From Barnesiella sp. (GTDB lineage: Bacteria; Bacteroidota; Bacteroidia; Bacteroidales; Barnesiellaceae_A): a stretch of DNA of 64,000 nucleotides. This document shows, piece after piece, positions 9,613 to 19,860 of this stretch (within the stretch, counting starts at the first letter, position 1; each line of letters begins with the position of its first letter). The stretch spans positions 76,592 through 140,591 of the forward strand of contig JAZRIS010000001.1 of the NCBI GenBank assembly GCA_045645425.1. Reading direction: 5' to 3'. A program made the position numbers and the translations under genes. Below the pieces are notes generated by a model, which made no database searches, was not told where the DNA came from, and saw only the letters and a list, made by a program, of their open reading frames with translations.

Positions 9613-12600
9613 TTATTTCAGACCCAAATCTTCTTTGAGTTTCAGATGCTCGTGGTGTTTCTTACGGTTGCCTTTAACCTCGGCACCGGCCACTGTACAA
9701 TAGAGTGTGGGGATGAGCAAGAGTGTAAGAACGGTAGAAACGGTAAGACCACCGACAACAGCCCATGCCATGGGTCGCCACATCTCCGAGCCTTCGCCAT
9801 GATTGAGTGCCATAGGCATCATACCAAGGATGGTTGTGAGGGTAGTCATGATAACGGGACGCAAGCGCGACTCACCACCCAATATTACAGCTCGACGAAT
9901 ACTCATACCACGCTCACGGTTGAGGGCAATGTAGTCGATAAGTACGATACCATTCTTCACTACGATACCGATAAGCATGATACCGCCCAACATCGACATC
10001 ATATTGAGTGTTCCGCCTGTTGCTACCAAAGCGATAATGATACCCGACAAGGCGAAGGGGATAGAGAGCATGATGAGGAAGGGATATTTGAGCGACTCAA
10101 ACTGTGCTGCCATTACCACATACACAAGTAGGATGATAAGCACCATGAGCATACTCAAGTCGGCAAACGACTCTTGTTGGTCTTCATAGCTACCCGCCAA
10201 GTCGATACTAAATCCGGCAGGCATTTCCATCGTATCTATTACCTTCGTTGCCTCGGCTACCACCTCACTCATGGGCGCACCCGACACAATGGCGCTCACG
10301 GTATTGATACGCGAGCGGTCTTTACGCTCAATAGTAGGAGGATTAAATCGCTCTACCACCTTACCCACATCTTTGATGCGAACGGCTTTGCCTTGGTTGT
10401 TATACACAAGGATGTTCTCTATGTCGGCGATAGAAGTACGGAACTCAGGAGCATACACAACGCGTATATCATACTCGTCACCATCCTCACGATAGAGCGA
10501 TGCGGTGGAGCCGTTGATGCGGTTGCGCAAGTACATGGCCGCTGTAGAGAGGTTAAGACCATAGAGAGCCAATTTTTCACGGTCAAACTCTACTTGATAT
10601 TCGGGTTGATATTCTCCGCGGCTTATGCGCACCTCGCTACAACCTTTGATGTTACGAAGTTTACTGCTCAAATAGTTGGCTATGGTATCACTTGATGCAA
10701 AGTCGTAACCATAGATTTCAAAATCGACAGTGGCCTGTCCTCCCATACCGCCACCGCCTCCACCGAGGTTTACTTGCGCCTTCTTCAATTCGGGATAGTG
10801 CTCGGCAAGGTCTTTACGCATCAAGTCGCATATTTCCATCAGGTTGCGCTCGCGCTCATCGGGTGAGCACAGACGGATGTTGAAACTTGCCACATACGAG
10901 CCATTGGTATTGAGCGATGCAAAAGTATTGTCGGTATCGGCTTGTCCTACGGTGAAGCTCAATCGTGTTATCTCGGGGAAGAGTTCTTTCCAGCGCTTGT
11001 TTATATCAAGAGCCAATGCGCGTGTAATCTCGGTGCGTGTACCGATGGGCATCTCCAACACTGCGCTCACACGCGAGTTGTCCGATACGGGCATAAACTC
11101 GCTACCTATAAATCGCGCCAAGAAGACACTGCCGACAAAGAACAACACACAAATGGTAATCATCGACTTGCGGTGACTTGTTGCCCATGCGAGCAAGCGG
11201 CCATAGAAGCGGTCGAAGGCATCAAGACCACGAGTGACAGGCTCATACATACGAAGGAACAACTTGTTGCGACGCTTGTGCAAACGCAACATTTGCGAAC
11301 ACAACATAGGTGTGAGCGTAAGGGCGATGGTGGTAGATACAATCATGATGATGGTTACCATCCAACCCAACTCTTTGAAGAGCACTCCTGTCATACCCTC
11401 AATCATTGTCAAGGGGAAGAACACACAGATAAGTGTAAGTGTCGAAGCAATTACCGATATAGCCACCTCATTGGTACCATGCACAGCCGCTTGCTTGGGC
11501 TCGCTACCGCGCTCGATGTGGGTTGTTACGTTCTCCAATACCACAATCGCATCGTCCACAACCATACCGATGGCAATAGTCAATGCCGAGAGAGAGATAA
11601 TATTGAGCGAACTATCGGCAATGAGCAGATAGATAAATGCCGCAATAAGCGAGAGAGGAATGGTGATGACGATAATCATTGTTGCACGCCAGCGACCAAG
11701 GAATACAAACACCACAAGTGTCACAAAGAGTATGGCAAACATGATTGTTTCAAACAAGCTGTTGATGGTGTTGCGTATATTGTCCGAAGTATCTACAATC
11801 ACACCCAGCTTCACATCCTTGGGAAGGTTCTTTTGCAAGTCGGGCAAGGCAGCTTTTACAGCATCAGATATTTGCACCGAGTTGGCTCCCGATTGTTTTT
11901 GAATAACAATCATCGCACCTTGCACGCCATCGTTGTAAGCCTCTTGCAAGCGCTCCTCGATAGAGTCTTGGATGGTTGCAACGTCTTTCAAATATACTGT
12001 CTGACCATTGTAGTGACCCACGACAAGATTGTTCATTTGCGAGGCATCGGTAAACTCTCCCTCCACACGCATAGCGTATGTATCGGAGCCTATGTCAAAC
12101 GAGCCACCGGGCATATTCATGTTTTCTGCCGAGATTACTGCCGAAATGGCCTCGATGGTGAGATGGTAGGCTTCGAGTTTATTGGGATCTACATATACTT
12201 GAATTTGGCGTTTGGGCGCACCCGATATAGATACCGAACCTACACCATTGACACGAGCCAAGGGAGTAGCCACAGCATCGTCAAGAATTTTGTAGAGGGC
12301 ATTCATACTCTCCTCGGCTTGCACCGAGAGAATAAGAATAGGCATCATATCGGTACTAAACTTGAAGATGATGGGATTTTCGGCCGCATCGGGCAAGGCC
12401 GACTCTACCATATCAAGTTTGTCACGCACATCATTGGTGAGCACATCTATATCATTACCATACTCAAATTCGAGCGTAATCAATGAGATATTCTCGCGCG
12501 ATTGCGAGGTCATGTGCTTGAGGTCTTCTACTGCATTGAGGGCATTCTCCAACGGACGAGTAAGGTTGGTTTCTATATCCTCGGCACTCGCACCCGGATA

Positions 12601-12750
12601 GGCTGTCATCACCATGATGGTGTTGGTTTCGATATCGGGATAGAGGTCGATAGGCAACTTCGTCAATGAGAAGAGTCCCAATATAGCTATGGCAACAAAT
12701 ACCAGAGCTGTCATAATCGGTCGCTTGACCGCACCTTCATATAGACTCAT
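9613..12750 (-). CDS. Efflux RND transporter permease subunit (AcrB/HAE1-like)
   Basis: 1045 aa, 12-TM RND layout. N-terminus AVKRPIMTALVFVAIAILG and large periplasmic loops. Confidence 0.95.
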   Translation of the reverse strand: MSLYEGAVKRPIMTALVFVAIAILGLFSLTKLPIDLYPDIETNTIMVMTAYPGASAEDIETNLTRPLENALNAVEDLKHMTSQSRENISLITLEFEYGNDIDVLTNDVRDKLDMVESALPDAAENPIIFKFSTDMMPILILSVQAEESMNALYKILDDAVATPLARVNGVGSVSISGAPKRQIQVYVDPNKLEAYHLTIEAISAVISAENMNMPGGSFDIGSDTYAMRVEGEFTDASQMNNLVVGHYNGQTVYLKDVATIQDSIEERLQEAYNDGVQGAMIVIQKQSGANSVQISDAVKAALPDLQKNLPKDVKLGVIVDTSDNIRNTINSLFETIMFAILFVTLVVFVFLGRWRATMIIVITIPLSLIAAFIYLLIADSSLNIISLSALTIAIGMVVDDAIVVLENVTTHIERGSEPKQAAVHGTNEVAISVIASTLTLICVFFPLTMIEGMTGVLFKELGWMVTIIMIVSTTIALTLTPMLCSQMLRLHKRRNKLFLRMYEPVTRGLDAFDRFYGRLLAWATSHRKSMITICVLFFVGSVFLARFIGSEFMPVSDNSRVSAVLEMPIGTRTEITRALALDINKRWKELFPEITRLSFTVGQADTDNTFASLNTNGSYVASFNIRLCSPDERERNLMEICDLMRKDLAEHYPELKKAQVNLGGGGGGMGGQATVDFEIYGYDFASSDTIANYLSSKLRNIKGCSEVRISRGEYQPEYQVEFDREKLALYGLNLSTAAMYLRNRINGSTASLYREDGDEYDIRVVYAPEFRTSIADIENILVYNNQGKAVRIKDVGKVVERFNPPTIERKDRSRINTVSAIVSGAPMSEVVAEATKVIDTMEMPAGFSIDLAGSYEDQQESFADLSMLMVLIILLVYVVMAAQFESLKYPFLIMLSIPFALSGIIIALVATGGTLNMMSMLGGIMLIGIVVKNGIVLIDYIALNRERGMSIRRAVILGGESRLRPVIMTTLTTILGMMPMALNHGEGSEMWRPMAWAVVGGLTVSTVLTLLLIPTLYCTVAGAEVKGNRKKHHEHLKLKEDLGLK

Positions 12751-12799
12751 AGTTTATGATATTATTTATCAGTGAGAAGATGTTATCTTACTCTTTGCG

Positions 12800-13813
12800 T
12801 TATTCTACTACATTTACTTTTGCACCATCACTGAGGCGGGCTTGACCGGCTACTACTACTTGTGCATCGGGAGTAAGACCCGACAATACCTCATAGATAG
12901 TATCTACATGACGACCCAACTCTACCTTGACATAGGTTACTGTTCCGTCATTGTTATATACATAGACAAAGCGGTCGCCCGAGCCGGCTTGTTTCACCAC
13001 GGCACGATCGGGTACTACTACACGCTCTTGTGCGCCAAAGTCTATGGTTGCGCGCGCAAACATACCGGGGCGAACACGATTGCTACCGTTGGGTATCTCT
13101 ACTTCTACACCGAATGTGCGTGTCATGGGGTCGATAGTGGGATAGATAAGTGACACTCTACCCTTGAACAACTCATCGCCAAAGACATCAAATGTAATAT
13201 CTATGGGCATACCCATCTTTACTTTGGTAAATTCGCTTTCCGATACATTGATTACAATCTTCACGGGATTGATTTGCATAACGGTGAGAATAGGACCTTG
13301 TGCCAAGTCACCATCATCAAAGTTGCGTGCAGTTACGACACCATTTACAGGGCTGAGCAACTTGGTATTCTCAAGCAAGTTGTTATAGGCAGTCTTGGCG
13401 GCTTCAAATTGTGTTGTGATTTGGTCAAGTTGTTGTTGCGAAGCACCACCTACGGCAACAAGTTCTTTGGCACGATTGTACTCCAACTCGATGTTGTCGA
13501 GTTGCACTTTTTGTTGCATGATATTTGTTGCATCCAATTCAACAAGTAACTCGCCTTTCTTTACATGGTCGCCTACCTCAACATATATTTTGCGAATACG
13601 GCTGGGCATCGACGAGCTGATAGAGTTGCGTTTGTCGGGTTGTACGGTAGCAGTGTAAGTCGTTGTTTGAGGTACATTCTGCATAGAGGTAGAGGCAATC
13701 TTTACAGTCTCTACTTTCTCAACCACAGTGGTTTGCTCGTCACTCTTGCCCGAGCAAGCGATGAGCATGCTCATGCTCACGGCTGCAATGAAGAAAAGAT
13801 TAATCTTTTTCAT
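12800..13813 (-). CDS. Efflux RND periplasmic adaptor (membrane fusion protein), lipoprotein
   Basis: 337 aa. Lipobox LIAC|SG and coiled-coil hairpin segments. Sits directly upstream of the RND permease. Confidence 0.9.
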   Translation of the reverse strand: MKKINLFFIAAVSMSMLIACSGKSDEQTTVVEKVETVKIASTSMQNVPQTTTYTATVQPDKRNSISSSMPSRIRKIYVEVGDHVKKGELLVELDATNIMQQKVQLDNIELEYNRAKELVAVGGASQQQLDQITTQFEAAKTAYNNLLENTKLLSPVNGVVTARNFDDGDLAQGPILTVMQINPVKIVINVSESEFTKVKMGMPIDITFDVFGDELFKGRVSLIYPTIDPMTRTFGVEVEIPNGSNRVRPGMFARATIDFGAQERVVVPDRAVVKQAGSGDRFVYVYNNDGTVTYVKVELGRHVDTIYEVLSGLTPDAQVVVAGQARLSDGAKVNVVE

Positions 13814-13839
13814 AACTTGTTTTTTGTCTTATTCTGTTT

Positions 13840-15318
13840 TTACTTATTATTTTCTTGAGGTTCGTACTTGCTTATATCGGTAGTACCCAACAATTTCTTT
13901 ATATCGCTTACACCGGCAAGGAAGTCGTATATGGCTTGCGAATAGGCCAATCGGGCATGAGTAAGTGCCAACTCGGCATCGTTCAATGTTACGAATGTTG
14001 CCGAACCTATCTCAAAGCTCTTTTGCATTATCTGATATGCTTTCTCGGCTTGTTGCACACCCATCTTGTTCGAGTCTATTTGTTTCAAAGACTTGGTGAT
14101 GGCATCTATCTGTGCCTCTACCTGCATATTGAGGGCACGCTCAAGGTTTTCGCGTTGGAAGCCCATTTGTGCCACTGTAGCCTCGGCTTGTTTCACCTTG
14201 TAGTAGCGAGAGCCTCCCGAGAAGATGGGTATATTGAGCGCTATGGCCAATGTCGAATAGGGGTTGAAACGGAAATTGTCAAACATGCCACCATCGCTCA
14301 TCGATATCCAATTATAGTTGAATTGAGCGGCCAATGTGGGGATGTAGGCAAACTTTTGCAATGTGGCGGTCTTTTGCAACATCTTGGTTTGCAAGTCCAT
14401 TTGACGCAAATCGGTATTGTTGGCAAGCGAACGATCGATGTTCATTGTCACATGATACATGTCTTTCTCATAGTTGTCCAACTTGTCATTGACGACTACT
14501 TCTATCTCTACATCTATACCCATCAACATCTTTAGTTGCAACTTTGACAACTTCACGGCATTCTCGGTTTGCAACAATGTGGGCTCTATATTGCGCACTG
14601 CCACTTGCGAACGCAACACGTCATATTCCGAGGCTGTACCTTGTGCATATTGGTTGGCGTATGTCTCGGCATTCAACTTGGCATTGTCATATTGAGTTTT
14701 CAGCACTTTATACGAGTCTTGGCATAGCAACACATTATAATAGGCCTTTTGTACCTCGTTGATGAGCGAAAGGCGTGATGAACGTGCTGACTCTATGGCA
14801 TTCTCCATGTCTATGGCTGTTATTTCAACACTCTTCCACAGCTGGGGTGCTATGATAGGAAGGCTTGCCGAGAAACCCATCGAATAGGTATTGTCAAGAC
14901 CTACCTCAAAGCCCTCATTAGACGACGATGCAGCGTCGTCATCCGAGCCGCCCGATTCGGGAAAAGGAATACCCAAGGCATTGTAGATGGGGCCCAAATA
15001 TTCGCCCATCATCGCACCTATATCAAATGCTCCTCCCGACATGTACATGCGTTGCTTCTTGATAGCACGCTGATACGAAGCCGAGGCATCGATCTTGGGC
15101 AACAACCCTGCAATGGTTTCGCGCTTTGAATAATCTTTCTTTTTTACCTCTATATCGGCAACCTTGATTGTCGGGTTCTCACTCAATGCTATTGTCAATG
15201 CTTTATCCATATCGAGATAGAGCACCGAGTCGGCATTTGTTGCTGTTTGAGCAGAGGTGGTCATCACCGTTGTCAATACCATCAATGTGGCAATGAACAA
15301 ACTTAATCTCTTTTTCAT
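13840..15318 (-). CDS. TolC-family outer-membrane efflux protein
   Basis: 492 aa. Signal peptide ending TTSA|Q and duplicated TolC-type repeat organisation. First structural gene of the efflux operon. Confidence 0.9.
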   Translation of the reverse strand: MKKRLSLFIATLMVLTTVMTTSAQTATNADSVLYLDMDKALTIALSENPTIKVADIEVKKKDYSKRETIAGLLPKIDASASYQRAIKKQRMYMSGGAFDIGAMMGEYLGPIYNALGIPFPESGGSDDDAASSSNEGFEVGLDNTYSMGFSASLPIIAPQLWKSVEITAIDMENAIESARSSRLSLINEVQKAYYNVLLCQDSYKVLKTQYDNAKLNAETYANQYAQGTASEYDVLRSQVAVRNIEPTLLQTENAVKLSKLQLKMLMGIDVEIEVVVNDKLDNYEKDMYHVTMNIDRSLANNTDLRQMDLQTKMLQKTATLQKFAYIPTLAAQFNYNWISMSDGGMFDNFRFNPYSTLAIALNIPIFSGGSRYYKVKQAEATVAQMGFQRENLERALNMQVEAQIDAITKSLKQIDSNKMGVQQAEKAYQIMQKSFEIGSATFVTLNDAELALTHARLAYSQAIYDFLAGVSDIKKLLGTTDISKYEPQENNK

Positions 15319-15331
15319 ACCTTTTATTTTG

Positions 15332-15952
15332 TTATATTGTTTGTGTTATCTGTTCATAAATCTCATCGAGTACTTTACGTCCCTTATCTGTAACAATTCC
15401 GTAAAGAAATATCTTGGTATATACGGCCAAAATTTCGCCATAATTCCATTCATCTACCGGCGTACCTTTAATCTTGCGAAAGAGCATCATCTGCTGATTG
15501 TGCAGTGCGGTTGCAATATCAAGATTGAGGTCGAGGCGTATCAACCCCTCCTCTACTCCTTTGCGCAGTATATCGCGTATGTATTGATATTGTTTCTCGC
15601 GATATTTGTCGGCCTCCTCGGTTACTTTCGAGCGCATATGCTCTATATCGAGCTGGAAGGAACGGCTTGTGCGATTGATATAATAGATGATGCGGTTGTA
15701 ACACAATACAAGCTTCTCTATTGTGTTGTGGTCGCCACTCAATATCTGACACATCTCTTCCTCTTGAGCACGTCGGTCGCGTTGCATACACTCTACTATG
15801 AGCTCTTCCTTGTTCTTGAAGTTCTCATACAAGGTACGCTTGGACATGCCCAACTCCGATGCTATCGAATCCATCGTTATGGAACGTATGCCATAACGAT
15901 AGAACAACATCTGGGCCTTTGCTATAATATAGTCCTTGGTTTCTTCAGACAT
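15332..15952 (-). CDS. TetR/AcrR-family transcriptional regulator
   Basis: 206 aa. N-terminal HTH signature GIRSITMDSIASELGMSKRTLYENF. Confidence 0.9.
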   Translation of the reverse strand: MSEETKDYIIAKAQMLFYRYGIRSITMDSIASELGMSKRTLYENFKNKEELIVECMQRDRRAQEEEMCQILSGDHNTIEKLVLCYNRIIYYINRTSRSFQLDIEHMRSKVTEEADKYREKQYQYIRDILRKGVEEGLIRLDLNLDIATALHNQQMMLFRKIKGTPVDEWNYGEILAVYTKIFLYGIVTDKGRKVLDEIYEQITQTI

Positions 15953-15974
15953 TTCTACATTTTTTAAGAGGCCA

Positions 15975-15982
15975 CAAAATTA
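15975..15982 (-). promoter_or_regulatory. -7 promoter box (TAATTTTG on minus strand) for the tetR-efflux operon
   Basis: CAAAATTA on the plus strand, 23 nt upstream of the start at 15952. Confidence 0.5.
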
Positions 15983-16142
15983 CACAAAACTCCAGAAACC
16001 AAAAAAGTTTTCTTGTTATATTTAGTAGTAATATGTAAAGAAAAGCTAAATACACTATGATTTAACAAATAATAGCCTTTACACTCACATCAAAAAAAGG
16101 GAAATCATAGCATCCGATATGAAATTAGTAAATAAAAATCAC

Positions 16143-16150
16143 TAATTTTG
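16143..16150 (+). promoter_or_regulatory. -7 promoter box TAATTTTG for the prolyl oligopeptidase gene
   Basis: Exact TAnnTTTG match, 75 nt upstream of the ATG at 16225. Confidence 0.5.
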
Positions 16151-16224
16151 TAACTCGTAACACACCTTATAATATAGGTGTGACACTTACCTTAATGAAA
16201 ACACATCAAAAAAAAATGTAGATT

Positions 16225-18336
16225 ATGAACAACAAACCTATCTTGATTATGGGAGCAATTCTTGCAACAGCTTGCTCGTCGGGTGACAAGATTACCTACC
16301 CCGAAACAGAACGTACGGCCGTGTGTGACACGCTGTGGGGTGTACCTGTTGCCGACCCTTACCGTTGGTTGGAAAATGACACTTCTGAGGCTACTGCCCG
16401 CTGGGTAGAGGCTCAAAATGCGGTTACTCACAAGTACCTCGATGCTATTCCTTTCCGCGACCAACTTCGCAACCGACTCAATGACATTACAAGCTATGCC
16501 GTTGAGACAATGCCGGCAAAGAAAAACGGCAAATATTATTTCTATCGCAATGATGGCAAGCAAAATCAAAGTGTTCTTTACGAAAAAGCCTCGCTCGATG
16601 CCGAGCCTCGACTCATTCTCGACCCCAATACGTTGAGTGAGGATGGTACGGTTGCTCTCTCTTCGGTTGAGATTTCGCCCGACGGCAAGTACTTGGCTTA
16701 TGCCATCTCACGCAGCGGATCGGATTGGAACGAGATATATGTTATGGACTTGAACACTCTTCAACTCCTTCCCGACCACATACAATGGATTAAATTCTCA
16801 CCTATAAGTTGGCACAAAGACGGCTTCTATTACAGTGCGTTTAAACCCGAAAAGGGCAAAGAGCTATCGGCCATGAACGAGTATCACACGGTATATTACC
16901 ACAAATTGGGCACCGATACCGAGCATGACCAAAAGATATATTGCAATGCCGAGCACTCAAGAAGATATGTAAGAGCTACCGTGTCGGATGATAAGAACTT
17001 CCTCATCATCGAAGAGAGCGCCGGCACATCGGGTGTGGCACTCTACACACAAGAGCTCAACAACAACAATGCTCCTATCAAATGTATCATTCAAGGCTAT
17101 GACTATGAATATACCGTGGTAGGCATGAACGAAGGTCGCTTCCTCATCTATACCAATGACAACGCGCCCTACTATCGACTCATTTCGGTTGATCCTCGCA
17201 ATGCTCAACGCAATAATTGGAAAGAAGTGCTTGCCGAGCAACCCTATGTGTTGAGCGACATTGAAATTGCCAACGGCAATATCTTGGCTGCTTATGATAT
17301 CGACGTGATGAGCCATCTATATTGCTACACCATGAATGGCAAGAAACGCTACGAAGTGGCTTTGCCCGGACAAGGTGCTCTGCAAGGCATCAGCGGAGGC
17401 AAGGACGAGAAGGAGGCTTTCTTTACCTACACTTCTTTTATCATGCCTCGCACAGTGTACCGATTGGATGTTGAGAACAATGTATCGGAAAAATATTATG
17501 CCCCCGATATCGACTTCAACAGCGACCTTTACGAGAGCTATCAGGTATTCTTCACCAGCAAAGACGGCACTCGCGTACCCATGACTATCACTCACCGCAA
17601 GGGCTTGGAAATGAATGGTGCCAATCCTACTTTGCTGTATGGATATGGTGGCTTCTCCAATTCGCTATACCCCCGTTTTATCGACACAATGATACCCTTC
17701 TTGGAGCAAGGCGGTATATATGTCGATGTAAACTTGCGCGGTGGCAACGAGTATGGCGAGGAGTGGCACGTTGCGGGCACAAAGATGCAGAAACAAAATG
17801 TCTTTGACGACTTTATCGGTGCTGCCGAGTACCTTATTGCTCAAGGATTTACATCGCCTCAAAAATTGGCTATCAATGGTGGCTCTAATGGTGGTCTGTT
17901 GGTAGGTGCTTGTATGACACAACGCCCCGAGTTGTTTGCTGTGGCTATGCCGCAAGTAGGCGTGATGGATATGTTGCGCTACCACAAATTTACTATCGGT
18001 TGGGGATGGGCCGGCGACTATGGTACTGCCGACGACAGCAAAGAGATGTTCCAATACTTGTTGGGCTACTCTCCCATACACACTCTCAAAGAGGGCGTTA
18101 CCTATCCAGCCACTCTTGTTACTACTGCCGATCACGACGACCGTGTTGTTCCGGCTCACTCATTTAAGTTTGCCGCTCAACTCCAACACTGCGACAGTGG
18201 TGTCAATCCTACACTCATTCTCATCGACTCCAAGGCCGGACATGGCGCAGGTCGCCCCCGTCACAAAATTGTCGAGGAGAAAGCCAATATGTATGCTTTT
18301 ATGATGTACAATTTGGGCATGAACCCTACATTCTAA
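16225..18336 (+). CDS. Prolyl oligopeptidase (S9A prolyl endopeptidase), lipoprotein
   Basis: 703 aa. Lipobox ATAC|SS, DPYRWLE motif, catalytic-serine motif GGSNGGLL, C-terminal DDRV...H triad context. Confidence 0.92.
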   Translation: MNNKPILIMGAILATACSSGDKITYPETERTAVCDTLWGVPVADPYRWLENDTSEATARWVEAQNAVTHKYLDAIPFRDQLRNRLNDITSYAVETMPAKKNGKYYFYRNDGKQNQSVLYEKASLDAEPRLILDPNTLSEDGTVALSSVEISPDGKYLAYAISRSGSDWNEIYVMDLNTLQLLPDHIQWIKFSPISWHKDGFYYSAFKPEKGKELSAMNEYHTVYYHKLGTDTEHDQKIYCNAEHSRRYVRATVSDDKNFLIIEESAGTSGVALYTQELNNNNAPIKCIIQGYDYEYTVVGMNEGRFLIYTNDNAPYYRLISVDPRNAQRNNWKEVLAEQPYVLSDIEIANGNILAAYDIDVMSHLYCYTMNGKKRYEVALPGQGALQGISGGKDEKEAFFTYTSFIMPRTVYRLDVENNVSEKYYAPDIDFNSDLYESYQVFFTSKDGTRVPMTITHRKGLEMNGANPTLLYGYGGFSNSLYPRFIDTMIPFLEQGGIYVDVNLRGGNEYGEEWHVAGTKMQKQNVFDDFIGAAEYLIAQGFTSPQKLAINGGSNGGLLVGACMTQRPELFAVAMPQVGVMDMLRYHKFTIGWGWAGDYGTADDSKEMFQYLLGYSPIHTLKEGVTYPATLVTTADHDDRVVPAHSFKFAAQLQHCDSGVNPTLILIDSKAGHGAGRPRHKIVEEKANMYAFMMYNLGMNPTF

Positions 18337-18364
18337 ATCTATCTTACTATCACTGATAAAGCTG

Positions 18365-18405
18365 GAGGCTGTGTCAAAATGAAAATTTTGGCACAGCCTC
18401 TTTTT
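18365..18405 (+). terminator. Rho-independent terminator after the prolyl oligopeptidase gene; copy 1 of a 36-nt dispersed hairpin
   Basis: GAGGCTGTGTCAAAAT-gaaa-ATTTTGGCACAGCCTC, fully paired on the plus strand including one G-U, followed by TTTTT. Confidence 0.8.
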
Positions 18406-18695
18406 ATTACATATTTTTGTTTCAGGTATAATGGCAAAAATGATTACTTTCTATTTGGAATCTGCCAAGTGAACCCTCTAAGTCAAACACATCTAATAAT
18501 CAGACGAGAATAGGGGAAACCTTGTTCCTGAATATATACAGCAAGAGTATCTCTGTCACTTAAGGTTGAATATCTGTTTACTTTATATCCCATTGCTTCA
18601 GCGACTTGCATAACAATATCAAGTAGCTCTAATGGTTATTGATCATCATTGCATATGAGTGCACAATCTTTGTATCTTTTCATATCAAACTATAT

Positions 18696-19832
18696 TTATT
18701 TAAACATTCTATTTATCCACATCGCAAACAACTTATCAGTTACCGAATAAACCTTGTTTATTTCAGTAACAATATCTCGCTCCAAAAGTTTCTTAATGGC
18801 CGCCTGAACAGAGCTTGCTGACAAAAGAGCGTGTCGCTTGATAAATTGCGCTGATGTAATTTGTGTTGCCTCTCCATCTTTGGCAATAGCATATAGCAGA
18901 GCCTTCTGTTTCTCAGGAATGTTCGAAAGAATTTCTCGGAATATGGTGTCGTTATATGCTACCATATTATCAATAGCACCTTCAATAATTTCTCGTGTAC
19001 ACTCCTCGTTGTCGGCTGTATCTGCAAAGGATTCATTAAAAGTGCGCTGGATGTAGTATGTATGTCCTTTGAATAAGTCATAGACCCACTTGACATTTTC
19101 TGCAGAAATACGCCTATTTCGTTTCTTAAAATGTTCCATAACAAATGGTACATATATCTCAGGGACAATCGCTCTCAACTCTAAAATGTCAGCACTACTA
19201 TAGAATGGACGAGCCGAGGATGTAAACATCTCCTGCATCATATGACGCTCGCTTCCCGCGAAGATAAAGTTGCTATTTTTGAGTTTCTGAATATGTGTAC
19301 GCAACAAAGCCTCGATATTCTTTTCAGGATACTTGGCAATCTGTTGAAACTCATCAATAGCCACAATACAGGGCTTATCAGCATTCGCCAAGTAGCGGAA
19401 AATCTCTTCCAATGTATATTCAGGCTTCTCAATATCGCCCAACTCTAAATTAAATGTCGGCAAATTGGTTATAGGATCAAAACCGAATTTACCATTTATC
19501 GATTTGATGGTCTGTATAAATAGGCTGACCATCTTATGACTGCGTGGAAGCAGTGTGTCATAGATAGTGCGACCGAGCAGGTATGTAAACTCTCGAAGAC
19601 TTGATGTGTGGAGTATATCTATAAAGAATGTATAATACTCGTTAGCGATTTCAGGTTTGTCGTAGCAAAACTGAATAAGTCCGGTCTTACCCATGCGGCG
19701 AGGTGATATTACAACCAGATTATTCCCATTGGTGATTGATTTAATCAGACGAGCAGACTCATTTACTCTGTCGCAAAAATACTCAGGCTCAATCTTACCC
19801 GTAACAATAAAAGGATTCTTAACTTTTGCCAT
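18696..19832 (-). CDS. AAA+ superfamily ATP-binding protein (archaeal-ATPase / COG1672-like)
   Basis: 378 aa. Walker A SPRRMGKTG, Walker B IVAIDEFQ, C-terminal winged-helix-like tail. Looks more AT-rich by eye than its neighbours. Confidence 0.7.
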   Translation of the reverse strand: MAKVKNPFIVTGKIEPEYFCDRVNESARLIKSITNGNNLVVISPRRMGKTGLIQFCYDKPEIANEYYTFFIDILHTSSLREFTYLLGRTIYDTLLPRSHKMVSLFIQTIKSINGKFGFDPITNLPTFNLELGDIEKPEYTLEEIFRYLANADKPCIVAIDEFQQIAKYPEKNIEALLRTHIQKLKNSNFIFAGSERHMMQEMFTSSARPFYSSADILELRAIVPEIYVPFVMEHFKKRNRRISAENVKWVYDLFKGHTYYIQRTFNESFADTADNEECTREIIEGAIDNMVAYNDTIFREILSNIPEKQKALLYAIAKDGEATQITSAQFIKRHALLSASSVQAAIKKLLERDIVTEINKVYSVTDKLFAMWINRMFK

Positions 19833-19852
19833 AATACCACGAATTTTATTGG

Positions 19853-19860
19853 CAAATATA
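19853..19860 (-). promoter_or_regulatory. -7 promoter box (TATATTTG on minus strand) for the ATPase gene
   Basis: CAAATATA on the plus strand, 21 nt upstream of the start at 19832. Confidence 0.45.

Noticed and set aside
10735-10775. A poly-glycine run (NLGGGGGGMGGQ) in the RND permease.
   Set aside because: It is a low-complexity loop within an otherwise intact periplasmic domain. I cannot show it is unusual for this family without an alignment, so I do not report it as a finding.
10942-12486. A 514-aa plus-strand ORF, along with other long ORFs antisense to real genes: 38948-40501 (517 aa), 40875-42032 (385 aa), 32778-33704 (308 aa), 48275-49099, 62578-63375, 15257-15967, 53240-53935, 47374-48060, 13855-14535, 5446-6012, 9550-10131.
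   Set aside because: Each lies fully inside, and antisense to, a gene with unmistakable family motifs (RND permease, rlmD, ppdK, and others). The translations are His/Arg/Cys/Tyr-rich low-complexity sequences with no motifs. Their length reflects stop-codon depletion on the antisense strand of codon-biased genes.
18376-18513. A short ORF beginning inside the terminator hairpin (ATG at 18376, MKILAQPLFITYF..., about 45 aa).
   Set aside because: The start codon is buried in the stem-loop of a terminator. The second copy of the hairpin has an immediate stop (ATG TAA). There is no supporting signal.
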